Assembly (NCBI GenBank): GCA_944372075.1
Contig: CALVYJ010000131.1
Location: 1 to 63,584, forward strand
Direction of reading: 5' to 3'
DNA: 63,584 bases
From: an uncultured Clostridia bacterium
GTDB lineage: Bacteria; Bacillota; Clostridia; Christensenellales; Borkfalkiaceae
Part shown: piece by piece, positions 1 through 11,507 of the stretch
Layout: each line of letters opens with the position of its first letter
Numbering within the stretch: position 1 is the stretch's first letter
Position numbers and translations under genes: made by a program
The notes under the pieces: model-generated
What the model was told of the DNA's origin: nothing
Databases searched by the model: none
Seen by the model: only the letters and a program-made list of their open reading frames with translations

Positions 1-534
1 GATCCTATACAATTCTTCTAAAGGTATTACGGAAACATCCGCCGCAATTTGTAATACAGAGTCCTGAGACGTATATAAAATCGGATAACCGGTTTTAAGA
101 TGGTCATTCCCGAGCCTTTGAATAATTTCCGTTCCCGACGCCACCTCATTCCCCATGAAATGGACATTCGCCGCTCTTTCGATTGCGTCGACGATGTCTT
201 TCGGAAACCCATGCGGAAACACGCAAAACGGCCGTTTTAATACCAGTCCGGCAATTTCATAATGACCGGCTGTCGTATCTTTGGCATAGGTTTTTTCTGA
301 AAGCCGCGCAAATGCCGCTCTAGGATATTTTATCGGCGATAATAAATCGCCCTTTTTATCATAATCTGCTACCCCGTCAATATTATTGAGCCCCAAAGCA
401 ATCAATTCATTTAAGCATAATCCCGTCTTTCGGACAATATTCCCATACGTATTGGAGCCGACATCTCCAAACTCCGCCGCATCCGGCATCTCCCCAATTC
501 CAAAACTATCGATCACCAGTAAAAAAATCCGCAT
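1..534 (-). CDS. deoB: phosphopentomutase (5' part; runs off the window)
   Basis: Not in the ORF track. Manual translation from ATG 534 gives MRIFLLVIDSFGIGEMPDAAEFGDVGSNTYG...KDTTAGHYE...ASGTEII...YTSQDSVLQIAA, open to position 1. SD GGAGG upstream. Confidence 0.95.
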   Translation of the reverse strand, partial: MRIFLLVIDSFGIGEMPDAAEFGDVGSNTYGNIVRKTGLCLNELIALGLNNIDGVADYDKKGDLLSPIKYPRAAFARLSEKTYAKDTTAGHYEIAGLVLKRPFCVFPHGFPKDIVDAIERAANVHFMGNEVASGTEIIQRLGNDHLKTGYPILYTSQDSVLQIAADVSVIPLEELYRI

Positions 535-555
535 TCAGAACTTCCTCCCGTATTT

Positions 556-564
556 ATTATACCA
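556..564 (-). promoter_or_regulatory. extended -10 element (TGnTATAAT) for deoB
   Basis: Minus strand TGGTATAAT about 20 nt upstream of the ATG. Confidence 0.55.
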
Positions 565-671
565 CATCGATGCAAATTTGAAAAGTCCAATTGCATATTT
601 TCAAAATTCATTAAGCATTATAAACCATATGTGCATTTGCAATCCGCTTATCATTCACAACTTTTCCCTGT

Positions 672-716
672 AAAAAGTAAACGAGCGCCGCTACAAAAAA
701 CTGCGTGCACTCGTTT
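672..716 (-). terminator. intrinsic terminator after spoIVB
   Basis: AAACGAGTGC...GCGCTCGTTT stem followed by ACTTTTT on the minus strand. Confidence 0.55.
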
Positions 717-736
717 CACATCATATTGAACGTTAT

Positions 737-1750
737 TTAATTCCCCAACATATTTTCGATAGCGATTCCGTAGCCGCGGGTAGGATCATTTAAGAACACA
801 TGGGTTACCGCACCTATCAGTTTACCTGCCTGTATAATCGGACTCCCGCTCATACCTTGCACAATGCCGCCCGTTGCCGCAAGCAATTCCCGATCCGTTA
901 CCTTCAAGACAAAATTTTTGTTTTGCCTGTTACCTTCATCCACTTTGATAATACTGACGGTATATTCTTTGGGAGAAATCCCGTCAACGGTCGTATAAAT
1001 ACTGGCCTTTCCCGGCTGAGCATCGTCCGACGTCTTTACGCTTCTCAACGTCGAAAAATCGTATTCCGCAGAAAAATTCCCAAAAATTCCGGCATCACAA
1101 TTCGTTTCCGCCGATGCGATACCTTTTTCCCCAACAAACAGCCCTTTTAATTCCCCCGCCTTCCCTCGCTCACCGCGCACTACATTTACGATACTGCAAG
1201 AATATATCGAACCGCTGCTCAAAGGCATAGGATTCCCTTTATCATCCGAAACAGCGTGTCCGAGCGAACCAAATCGTAAAGAACTTTTTTCGATATACGT
1301 TACCGTACCTATTCCGGACACACTGTCCCGTATCAGTATGCCTAATTTATATTTATTGCTTGTTCGATCCTTTGCAGGGCAAATTTTTGTATTAAACCGT
1401 TCCCCGTCTCGACTCACCGAAATTTCGGTCGATTTTTCGTTCTGTAACGCCAATGCTTGATCGATATCCTCCGCGGAACATATCTCGATACCTGCATATT
1501 TACAGATAATATCTCCTATCATCAACCCGGCCTGTTTTGCCGGACTAACCGTCTCCCCGTTATCCGTAAGGATCTCACACATTCCAACAATTTGCGCCCC
1601 GCCAAGTCCCATCGTAAACCCCGCGGGCATTCCGCCGATATATACTTCACTTTCTTGCGCCGAAGCCGCGAACATTGACTGACCGCTTAAAATAACGGCA
1701 AATACTAAAACGATAATCAAAAATCGTGCCTTTCTGATACTGTTTCGCAT
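737..1750 (-). CDS. spoIVB: SpoIVB peptidase (S55 family, PDZ + serine protease)
   Basis: PDZ segment SPAKQAGLMIGDII, GIGTVTY, FGSLGH, TGGIVQGMSGSPIIQ and GAVTHVF motifs; SD GGAGG. Confidence 0.93.
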   Translation of the reverse strand: MRNSIRKARFLIIVLVFAVILSGQSMFAASAQESEVYIGGMPAGFTMGLGGAQIVGMCEILTDNGETVSPAKQAGLMIGDIICKYAGIEICSAEDIDQALALQNEKSTEISVSRDGERFNTKICPAKDRTSNKYKLGILIRDSVSGIGTVTYIEKSSLRFGSLGHAVSDDKGNPMPLSSGSIYSCSIVNVVRGERGKAGELKGLFVGEKGIASAETNCDAGIFGNFSAEYDFSTLRSVKTSDDAQPGKASIYTTVDGISPKEYTVSIIKVDEGNRQNKNFVLKVTDRELLAATGGIVQGMSGSPIIQAGKLIGAVTHVFLNDPTRGYGIAIENMLGN

Positions 1751-1963
1751 GTACCCCTCCTGACCCGTATGACCTTAATTTGCGTAATCATCCGTCGATT
1801 ATACAGCCAAATTATTTCCAGCGCAAATTTTCCTACGTCATGCGCGATTCACCACCAAATCATAACCGCAACAACGTCCGTGCAACGCCAAATTATCCTT
1901 TCGCTCTTTACTTAATACACGGTTTTGGATGCCAATTGATAAACGCAGCTTAAAATCATTCGT

Positions 1964-2000
1964 AAAATAAAAACAGACAGCCGCCCCAAAGCGGCTGTCT
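1964..2000 (-). terminator. intrinsic terminator
   Basis: Perfect 10-bp stem AGACAGCCGC/GCGGCTGTCT followed by a T-rich tract on the minus strand. Confidence 0.85.
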
Positions 2001-2028
2001 AACCCATTGTTATCAGGTGATCCTGTAC

Positions 2029-2058
2029 AATATAAGATGGTCCTGTACAAATTGTCAA
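2029..2058 (-). promoter_or_regulatory. sigA-like promoter overlapped by a TTGTACAGGA direct repeat
   Basis: TTGACA-N18-TATATT; exact 10-mer tcctgtacaa at 2021-2030 and 2041-2050. Confidence 0.45.
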
Positions 2059-2192
2059 ATATTTCGGTACCGTTTACAATTTCGAACGATGGCTTTTTAC
2101 CGTTCACCTTCTCCGCCTCCGCGGATTTTGGGCTTTGTTAAACTCTCCGACCCAACAAATTTTACATAACTAAAAAATCATAACCGAAACGA

Positions 2193-2609
2193 TCAATCAT
2201 TGTTCAAGTTGTTATGATGTTTTACGCGCAATCGTGCAAACGCTCTTTGCAACGCCATACGGTTCAACCGATATTCTGCCGCACTTCGATTGCGCCGCAA
2301 TTGCTCTTCCGCGCGCTCTTTCGCTTCTTTTGCGCGACGCTCATTGATTTCTTCCGGCCATTCCACTGCCTGCGAAAAAACAATTGTTTCATCCGGTCTG
2401 ACTTCAATAAATCCCTCGCTCATAAAGGCTTCTCGACGCTGTCCGTCAATCGTTAAATATATTGACCCCGGTTCTGTCGCAAACACCATCGGCTGGTGTC
2501 CGGCAAGGATCGTACACGCACCACCCAAAGCCGGAATATCCAAACTTTCGACTCGCCCGCGGAAAAAAGTTTTTTCAGGTGTTATTATCTCCAGAAAAAA
2601 TGCATCCAT
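2193..2609 (-). CDS. atpC: F1 ATP synthase epsilon subunit
   Basis: LEIITPEK, ILAGHQP, GFIEV, C-terminal RAFARL; last gene of the atp operon. Confidence 0.95.
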   Translation of the reverse strand: MDAFFLEIITPEKTFFRGRVESLDIPALGGACTILAGHQPMVFATEPGSIYLTIDGQRREAFMSEGFIEVRPDETIVFSQAVEWPEEINERRAKEAKERAEEQLRRNRSAAEYRLNRMALQRAFARLRVKHHNNLNND

Positions 2610-2631
2610 CGCTTTATCCCATTTTTATCCG

Positions 2632-4909
<2,278 letters not shown>

Positions 4910-4910
4910 A

Positions 4911-6482
4911 TTACTGTGCAAATGAAGAATTTTCTAATTCTTCACCCTCCAAATTGCCATTCAAGCTTTCTGCATGATCACCGACAGAGCAATTGATATA
5001 ATCTTCCGCGACCGACAATATCTTATTGCGGATATCATCTGTAATTTTCGCATCCGGATCCAACTCTGAAAGTATATCTTCATGATTGGCATGAATATAA
5101 TCCAAGAGCCCTTCATTATACGAAGTTATCTTTTTCTCCGGTATTTGATCAACCAATTCACTTTGAGAAACAATCAGCAAAACGATCATTTCCCGAACCG
5201 AATAATTTAAGTATTGGCGCTGCTTTAAGGTGTCGGTAATTTTAGCGCCGCGAGATAAAATCTTTTGCGTTTGCGAATCCAAATCCGAGCCAAACTGCAT
5301 AAAAATCGCCAGCTCACGATATTGTGCGAGATTGATACGCAGTTGCCCCGCAATTTGTCGAATTGCCGTGCGCTGCGCGCTTCCTCCTACCCTGGAAACA
5401 GATAAACCCACATTGACAGCAGGGCGCACGCCGCTGTTAAACAACTCGCTTTCCAAATAAATTTGCCCATCGGTAATGGAAATTACATTGGTCGGTATAT
5501 ATGCTGAAATATCTCCGGCAAGCGTTTCAACAATAGGTAAAGCCGTGATAGAGCCGCCACCTTTTTCCTCCGATAATTTAGCAGCGCGTTCCAACAATCT
5601 TGAATGAAGGTAGAACACATCTCCAGGATATGCCTCACGCCCTGCAGGACGCTTCAAGAGCAAACTCATTGTTCTATACGCCACCGCATGTTTTGATAAA
5701 TCGTCATAGATTATTAAAACATCTTTCCCTGCATACATAAAATATTCCGCAAGCGCACAACCACTATACGGAGCCAAATACTGCAACGGCGCGTCATCAT
5801 CCGCCGTTGAACAAACAACACACGTATACTCCATCGCACCGCTGCTGCGCAACGTGTTGATTGTCTTTGCCAAAGAAGATGCTTTTTGGCCGATCGCAAC
5901 ATAAATGCAAATAACGTTTTCACCTTTCTGGTTCAAAATAGTATCAATTGCTATTGCAGATTTGCCCGTTTGACGATCGCCAATAATCAACTCGCGTTGT
6001 CCTCTTCCGATCGGAATCATGCTATCGATAGCCAAAATGCCCGTCTGTAAAGGCTTATTGACTTTCCCGCGATCCATTATAGCAGGCGCCGGAAACTCTA
6101 CCGGCCGATACTCTGCAGGCTTTATCTCAGCCAACCCGTCCAGCGGTTCTCCCAAAGGCGAAACAATCCGCCCTAAAAACATTTCCCCTACCGGCATTTG
6201 CACTGTCTGCCCGGTAGAATAAACCAAATCGCCCAAACGGACCTTGTCTTCTCCTGAAAATAAAACAGCTCCAACACAATCCTGTTCAAGATTTAACGCC
6301 AACGCTCGATAACCGCCTTGCACCTCCAACAGCTCGTTGTATTTTACGTCTTGCAACCCAGATATTTTTATAATGCCATCTCCGGAATATAAAATTGTTC
6401 CACAAGCTCGCTCGGCCGAGACATCTTGTACAGCGTTGATTTTCACAACGATCGATTTTCCGATTGCTTTTACGTCTATCAT
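4911..6482 (-). CDS. atpA: F1 ATP synthase alpha subunit
   Basis: [36 protein letters not shown]. Confidence 0.98.
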   Translation of the reverse strand: MIDVKAIGKSIVVKINAVQDVSAERACGTILYSGDGIIKISGLQDVKYNELLEVQGGYRALALNLEQDCVGAVLFSGEDKVRLGDLVYSTGQTVQMPVGEMFLGRIVSPLGEPLDGLAEIKPAEYRPVEFPAPAIMDRGKVNKPLQTGILAIDSMIPIGRGQRELIIGDRQTGKSAIAIDTILNQKGENVICIYVAIGQKASSLAKTINTLRSSGAMEYTCVVCSTADDDAPLQYLAPYSGCALAEYFMYAGKDVLIIYDDLSKHAVAYRTMSLLLKRPAGREAYPGDVFYLHSRLLERAAKLSEEKGGGSITALPIVETLAGDISAYIPTNVISITDGQIYLESELFNSGVRPAVNVGLSVSRVGGSAQRTAIRQIAGQLRINLAQYRELAIFMQFGSDLDSQTQKILSRGAKITDTLKQRQYLNYSVREMIVLLIVSQSELVDQIPEKKITSYNEGLLDYIHANHEDILSELDPDAKITDDIRNKILSVAEDYINCSVGDHAESLNGNLEGEELENSSFAQ

Positions 6483-6495
6483 ATCTGCACCCTAA

Positions 6496-6726
6496 TTAGG
6501 CAATCACGCCATGCTTGATCTTTTCTAATCTAGTTTTAACGGAACCATCAAACACCGTATCTCCAATATGAATTATAATACCACCTAAAATTGACTCATC
6601 AATTTCATAAACGGCAGTTTCACAACCACGGCTGTGAATAAACTCTAAAATTTGGGATTCCGTTTCCGCATCAGGCTTTCGAGCTACTATAATCCTTGCT
6701 CGCGCGGGACAACGTTTCGTAGTCAT
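6496..6726 (-). CDS. atpH: ATP synthase delta-like subunit, C-terminal domain only (76 aa)
   Basis: IDESILGGIIIHIGDTVFDGSVKTRL is the delta/OSCP C-terminal signature; lies between atpF and atpA with an ATGA overlap to atpF. Confidence 0.85.
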   Translation of the reverse strand: MTTKRCPARARIIVARKPDAETESQILEFIHSRGCETAVYEIDESILGGIIIHIGDTVFDGSVKTRLEKIKHGVIA

Positions 6727-7253
6727 GAATCTTTACTCCATTTAGCCAAACAATCAGCAATCAGCTTTTTATCATCTTCAGGCGTTATTTTACGCGACAA
6801 TATCTTTTCCGCGACAGCCAACGATACGTCTGTAATTTGCTTTTCAATATCGTCTTGTAAATTGTTGCGCTCCTCGTCAAGTTCCTGCTCCGTCCGTTCA
6901 ACCAAACTTTTTGCTTGCTTACGAGCCTCGGCAACTATGTCGTCCGCCTTCTGATTGGCCACTTTTACTGCGTTCTCATGAATAATTGCTGCTTCCTTCT
7001 TTGCTTCCGACAATACTGTGGACGTACTGTCCTTCATATGCTTGACTTCAGCATTCAAATCCGCATTCTCTTTTTCAATTTTTTTGATTTTTTCTTGCCT
7101 TTCTTGAATCATTCGCTTTACCGGTCTAAACAGCAAAATATATAAACCGATTGTTAAAATCAACAACGCAATCAAGTGGCTGACAATGCTTTCCCATTCA
7201 ATCAATTCGCCAATCCCTATTAGCAATTGCATCTCAACAAAATCTAAGACCAT
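6723..7253 (-). CDS. atpF: F0 subunit b
   Basis: N-terminal TM helix, RP...ER motif, long charged coiled coil, AEKIL. Confidence 0.92.
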   Translation of the reverse strand: MVLDFVEMQLLIGIGELIEWESIVSHLIALLILTIGLYILLFRPVKRMIQERQEKIKKIEKENADLNAEVKHMKDSTSTVLSEAKKEAAIIHENAVKVANQKADDIVAEARKQAKSLVERTEQELDEERNNLQDDIEKQITDVSLAVAEKILSRKITPEDDKKLIADCLAKWSKDS

Positions 7254-7276
7254 TTTTCACCTGTGTTTCATTAAAA

Positions 7277-7534
7277 TTATGCGACAAATATTAATAAAAG
7301 ACTGACCAACAATCCGTAGATTGCCGTAGATTCTGCAAACGCCAAACCAAACAAAAGCATCGTCCGAATTTTACCGACCGCCTCCGGCTGACGAGCCGTC
7401 GCTTCAACCGCTTTACCGGTCGCAATTCCCATACCGATACCGGCGCCCAATCCGGTCAAAGCGGCAATTCCCGCACCGATCGCCACACCATTCGTAGCCA
7501 GAAAATTCGCAAATAAGGTCACCAATAATTCCAT
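7277..7534 (-). CDS. atpE: F0 subunit c
   Basis: GxGxGxG helix, ARQPE loop, ion-binding Glu in AESTAIY. Confidence 0.97.
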   Translation of the reverse strand: MELLVTLFANFLATNGVAIGAGIAALTGLGAGIGMGIATGKAVEATARQPEAVGKIRTMLLFGLAFAESTAIYGLLVSLLLIFVA

Positions 7535-7613
7535 AGTCTTTGTACCTCCTCCTGTAATTAGAGCAAATCTTTCAGATTCTTATTATCATTCCCGCCCCTG
7601 AACTTACGCGGCT

Positions 7614-8381
7614 TTACGCTTGAATTTTCGCTGCCTTTTTCTTTGGTCGTTTTTGTTTTTTAGGCGGCAACTCGATTGCCTCCTGTACAAACGTCAATGT
7701 CAGCGAAGCAAAAACATAGGATTGTATAAACGCATGAAATAACGTAAACACGGGTGTCAAAACTGCAGGTATTATCAACGGCAACACAAAATACCACACG
7801 CTTTCCACTAAAATATAAATCATATCCATGATTACCATGCCGCTCAAAATACTTCCGAACAATCGAAACGTCATAGATATGGGAACCGAAAAATCCGTCA
7901 CAATATTTATGGGATTCAAATAGTGCAAAAATCTTCTTGCCTTTTTTCGAACAAATCCCAATGTGTGTATAAAAATAAACGTACACCCTGCAAGCGCAAA
8001 ACACGCCCCTATATCTGCAATCGCCGGACGAAATCCAAACATTTCAGCCAAAACCCCGCAGCAAATATACGCTGCCGCACCTAATGTATACGGCCCCATC
8101 AATTTACTGTAATTTTCCGTCATTTCATCGGCAGATTTATCAAAAAAGGAAACCAGCCACTCTAAAAACATCTGGATCCCGCTCGGCGTCGTCTTCCAAT
8201 TTCGAATAACGGTCAAGCGCAAAATCAATGCGATCACTAGCAAAATAAAGACGACTACAAATCCCGTAATCACGCTGTCGTTTATACGAAAACCACCGAT
8301 TTCGATCACATCTGACGGAAATATTTTATCTTTCAGTCCCGCAAATTTATCGGACAATAGCTGCGCGGATAAATTTTCCAT
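7614..8381 (-). CDS. atpB: F0 subunit a
   Basis: PSGIQMFLE, ISMTFRLFG (essential Arg), IQSYVF; first gene of the operon, no atpI upstream. Confidence 0.93.
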   Translation of the reverse strand: MENLSAQLLSDKFAGLKDKIFPSDVIEIGGFRINDSVITGFVVVFILLVIALILRLTVIRNWKTTPSGIQMFLEWLVSFFDKSADEMTENYSKLMGPYTLGAAAYICCGVLAEMFGFRPAIADIGACFALAGCTFIFIHTLGFVRKKARRFLHYLNPINIVTDFSVPISMTFRLFGSILSGMVIMDMIYILVESVWYFVLPLIIPAVLTPVFTLFHAFIQSYVFASLTLTFVQEAIELPPKKQKRPKKKAAKIQA

Positions 8382-8419
8382 ACATTTAACCTCTTATAAC
8401 AATCCATCAACTTATGGTT

Positions 8420-8448
8420 ATTCTACTACTTTCGGCAAAATTTTTCAA
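8420..8448 (-). promoter_or_regulatory. sigA promoter of the atp operon
   Basis: TTGAAA-N17-TAGAAT. Confidence 0.6.
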
Positions 8449-8539
8449 GCAAATCACCGCGTCTGTATGATAAAAAATACTTATACCTGGTTCATCTGCG
8501 AAAACGTGTATATCTTTACCACTTTATGCTCTTATGCTC

Positions 8540-8568
8540 TTGATTTTTATGTGCAAATATGCTACAAT
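8540..8568 (+). promoter_or_regulatory. sigA promoter
   Basis: TTGATT-N17-TACAAT with extended TG. Confidence 0.6.
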
Positions 8569-8590
8569 TTTTACAATCGGAGTAAAAATT

Positions 8591-9058
8591 ATGAAGTTGT
8601 ATCCTTTCAAATTGTCAAAAGGCGCCATTATCGGTTGTATAGCCGGCATCGTCCTCGGTTTAGCCGGAATCGGCTTTACCTTATTTAGAATTATAGTTCT
8701 CGAATTGGGGTTTGAGAATGCAAATACTCTTATTCAGCACATTGTCATCATTGTCGCCTCACTCCTCGCTATAACTATTTTTTCCTCAATTTTACTTCGT
8801 TCTACCTATAAACTGACAGACTCCGAACTCATTCTGTGGTTTGGCTTTATAAAATCCTCTTATAAACTCCAAGACATGGAATCCATTCATCTGTTTACAA
8901 AATCAAACAAACTCGTTATTTATTTTAAGGATGAGCATTATACAGTGATCGTCGTCAAACCCGAATGGTTCAATGAATTTACAAAAGATATTTGCTCGCG
9001 CAATCCCAAAATACGCTATGACGTTTCTACCGCCGAAATCGATGATTCCAATATCTGA
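8591..9058 (+). CDS. hypothetical membrane protein (2 TM + bacterial PH-like domain)
   Basis: SD GGAG then ATG 8591; two hydrophobic helices followed by a YKLTDSELILWFG-type beta-rich domain. Confidence 0.7.
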   Translation: MKLYPFKLSKGAIIGCIAGIVLGLAGIGFTLFRIIVLELGFENANTLIQHIVIIVASLLAITIFSSILLRSTYKLTDSELILWFGFIKSSYKLQDMESIHLFTKSNKLVIYFKDEHYTVIVVKPEWFNEFTKDICSRNPKIRYDVSTAEIDDSNI

Positions 9059-9099
9059 CTTTTAAGCCTACCGGTTTCAAAATATAAGATCCTATTTTC

Positions 9100-9140
9100 A
9101 AAAAAGGGAAATCGAAAAATAATTTCGATTTCCCTTTTTT
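9100..9140. terminator. bidirectional intrinsic terminator
   Basis: AAAAAAGGGAAATCGAAA / TTTCGATTTCCCTTTTTT inverted repeat between convergent genes. Confidence 0.9.
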
Positions 9141-9152
9141 CGCGGATCTATA

Positions 9153-9184
9153 CAGCCGCTTGCAAATGAATTTGCAAGCGGCTG
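9153..9184. repeat. second hairpin (14-bp inverted repeat)
   Basis: CAGCCGCTTGCAAA-tgaa-TTTGCAAGCGGCTG. Confidence 0.7.
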
Positions 9185-9280
9185 CGCTTTGACCTGTCGT
9201 TAAACTTAAAAATGCATATCAATCATTTCCCGTGAGCCGATCCGTTTATTCACAGCGCAATACATTCCGCGAAAATCATA

Positions 9281-10621
9281 TCATTTATCTTCGCCTTTTT
9301 CCGGCCCCGCGTCGGATGACACGGGAATACCTTTCCTTTTGCGAATCTCCAACACCGTCTTTTCGTATCCTTTACCTTGCGGCACATAAAAAACGGCGTC
9401 TTTTAATGAATCCGGCAAATACTGTTGTTGAACCCATCCCCCGTAATTGTGCGGATATTTATAATTTTTACTTTGCGCCTTCATCTGCTTATCACCATAC
9501 GAATTATCGCATAAATACAAGGGGATATTGTCATCGCGCACTTCCCGCACCGCTTGTTTTGCCTTATCCATAGCCAAAACGATCGAATTGGACTTTTCTG
9601 CTTCACAAACGTAGACGATGGCATTGCTCATGGGGATCAGACCTTCCGGAGTCCCCAGCTTTTCATAGGCATACAATGCAGACGTAGCAACCACCAGCGC
9701 GTTTGGATCCGCCATACCGACGTCTTCGCTGGAATGTACTACAAGCCGACGCAAAATATTTAACGGATCACACCCTCCCTCAATCAGACGAAAAGCATAA
9801 TACAGAGCAGCGTTTGCGTCGCTACCGCGTAAACTTTTGCAGAACGCGGAAAGCATATCATAATACGTATCCTCATTAAAAGACAAAGCCTTCCGTTGAA
9901 TCGATTGTTCCGCATCCGAAAGCGTTACATGAATGTGGCCTGCCGAATTTGCAGGAGTCGTCAGAACAGCCAGTTCCAGCGCGTTATATGCCATACGCAA
10001 ATCGCCGCCGCTCATCCTCGCTATATGCTCATACGCCTCCTCATCCACTTCCGCATCATACGCAGATAAGCCTTTGCGGGAAACAAGCGCTTTTTTCAGC
10101 GCGGCTAAAATGTCTTTTTCCGTTAATCTTCGAAACTCAAACACACGACAACGCGAAACGATTGCCGGCGTCATCGATGCAAACGGATTTTCCGTTGTCG
10201 AACCGATAAAAATAATCGTCCCCTGCTCTATCGCAGGCAACAATGAATCCGACTGCGTCTTGTTAAAACGATGACACTCATCCAACAGCAGATACGTCTT
10301 TTTGCCATACATCTTCAAAGAATTTCTGGCATCTTCAACCGCCTTCTTTACATCAGCCACACCGCTTTGAACCGCATTCAATTTTATAAAATTCCCGTGC
10401 GTCGTTGCCGCAATAATATTCGCCAACGTGGTTTTTCCGCAACCCGGTGGCCCCCAAAAGATACAGCTGCCCAAACGATCCAACCGAATGGCTCGCCGCA
10501 ACAAACTGTTTTCCGAAACAAGGTGTTCTTGCCCGATGAATTCATCCAAATTATTGGGACGCATCTTGTCGGCAAGAGGTTTTGCTTCATATTCATTGTT
10601 GTTCAAATCAAACAAGTCCAT
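9281..10621 (-). CDS. rarA: replication-associated recombination protein A (MgsA/RarA AAA+ ATPase)
   Basis: PLADKMRP, WGPPGCGKTT, LDECHRF, GSTTENP, KSLRGSD, SEDVGMADP, YKYPH. Confidence 0.96.
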   Translation of the reverse strand: MDLFDLNNNEYEAKPLADKMRPNNLDEFIGQEHLVSENSLLRRAIRLDRLGSCIFWGPPGCGKTTLANIIAATTHGNFIKLNAVQSGVADVKKAVEDARNSLKMYGKKTYLLLDECHRFNKTQSDSLLPAIEQGTIIFIGSTTENPFASMTPAIVSRCRVFEFRRLTEKDILAALKKALVSRKGLSAYDAEVDEEAYEHIARMSGGDLRMAYNALELAVLTTPANSAGHIHVTLSDAEQSIQRKALSFNEDTYYDMLSAFCKSLRGSDANAALYYAFRLIEGGCDPLNILRRLVVHSSEDVGMADPNALVVATSALYAYEKLGTPEGLIPMSNAIVYVCEAEKSNSIVLAMDKAKQAVREVRDDNIPLYLCDNSYGDKQMKAQSKNYKYPHNYGGWVQQQYLPDSLKDAVFYVPQGKGYEKTVLEIRKRKGIPVSSDAGPEKGEDK

Positions 10622-10663
10622 TTACTTCATCCCCACCTTTCAATGTTCATGCTTTGCGTGTTC

Positions 10664-11476
10664 CTATCGTTGACGCGGCAACTCCTCCCCGCGTAACAGC
10701 TTCCGAATATTTTTTGCGTTTTCTTTCCCAAGCTTATACCCCGCATCGTATGCAGATACATGATACTTGATTTTATATTGCGAAACATCTCCCATTTCCG
10801 GTTCAAGCCACAGATCTACAATCTTTCGATTCTTCCTTTTTTGATCCTGCGTACGAGCCGTGTCCATGATGTCGTATACGCGCGTGATCAATGTAATGAC
10901 ATTCGGCAATTTATCGACTTGCTGCAATTTACCCAATACGTCTACAGCCACTACAACATCCGCCCCCATATCCTTTACCTGCCGCACAGGTACTCGGCAC
11001 AATACGCCTCCGTCCACTAAAAGCATATCATTCATTTCCACCGGCCGAAATACTGTAGGCATCGAGCTCGATGCCAGGATCGCATCAATTACTTTCCCCT
11101 CGTTGAACACTTTTAACTTGCCTGAAATTAAATCCACCGCCACGCACGAAAAGGGTATTTTCAAATCAGAAAAATCACAATCCTGCAAAAGTCCCGTCAT
11201 CATTTTGCGGACTTTTGTCCAGCGCATAAGTCCCAATTTGCTTAACGTCAAAATTCCTATATCAACTATATCAAAGGTGCTTAATTGCTCAACGGTTTCA
11301 CGCATTTGATCCGCCGACATCCCTTTTGCATAACACGCCCCGATAATACTGCCCATTGAAGACCCGCTGATAAAATCCGGCCGTATGTGCTCTTCCTCCA
11401 AAGCCTTCAAAAAACCGATATGCGCTATTCCGCGCGCGCCGCCTGCCCCCAGCGCTATCCCAAGTTTCTTTTTCAT
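10664..11476 (-). CDS. patatin-like phospholipase (YlbK/RssA-like)
   Basis: GAGGARG, GSSMG nucleophile elbow, DGG; start MKKKLGIAL with SD GGGAGG. Confidence 0.92.
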   Translation of the reverse strand: MKKKLGIALGAGGARGIAHIGFLKALEEEHIRPDFISGSSMGSIIGACYAKGMSADQMRETVEQLSTFDIVDIGILTLSKLGLMRWTKVRKMMTGLLQDCDFSDLKIPFSCVAVDLISGKLKVFNEGKVIDAILASSSMPTVFRPVEMNDMLLVDGGVLCRVPVRQVKDMGADVVVAVDVLGKLQQVDKLPNVITLITRVYDIMDTARTQDQKRKNRKIVDLWLEPEMGDVSQYKIKYHVSAYDAGYKLGKENAKNIRKLLRGEELPRQR

Positions 11477-11502
11477 AATGCCACCCCCTCCCGTCATATA
11501 GT
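11473..11502 (+). promoter_or_regulatory. sigE-type mother-cell promoter for ylbJ
   Basis: TCATAAT-N15-CATATAGT, close to the B. subtilis sigE consensus. Confidence 0.65.
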
Positions 11503-11507
11503 ATAGC

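Noticed and set aside
27-673. Track ORFs 27..212 and 386..673
   Set aside because: Alternate-frame or antisense shadows of deoB.
1838-2107. 89-aa minus-strand ORF between atpC and spoIVB
   Set aside because: It runs through a strong terminator and a promoter-like element and has no recognisable motif; likely spurious, although an SD-like GGAG precedes the GTG.
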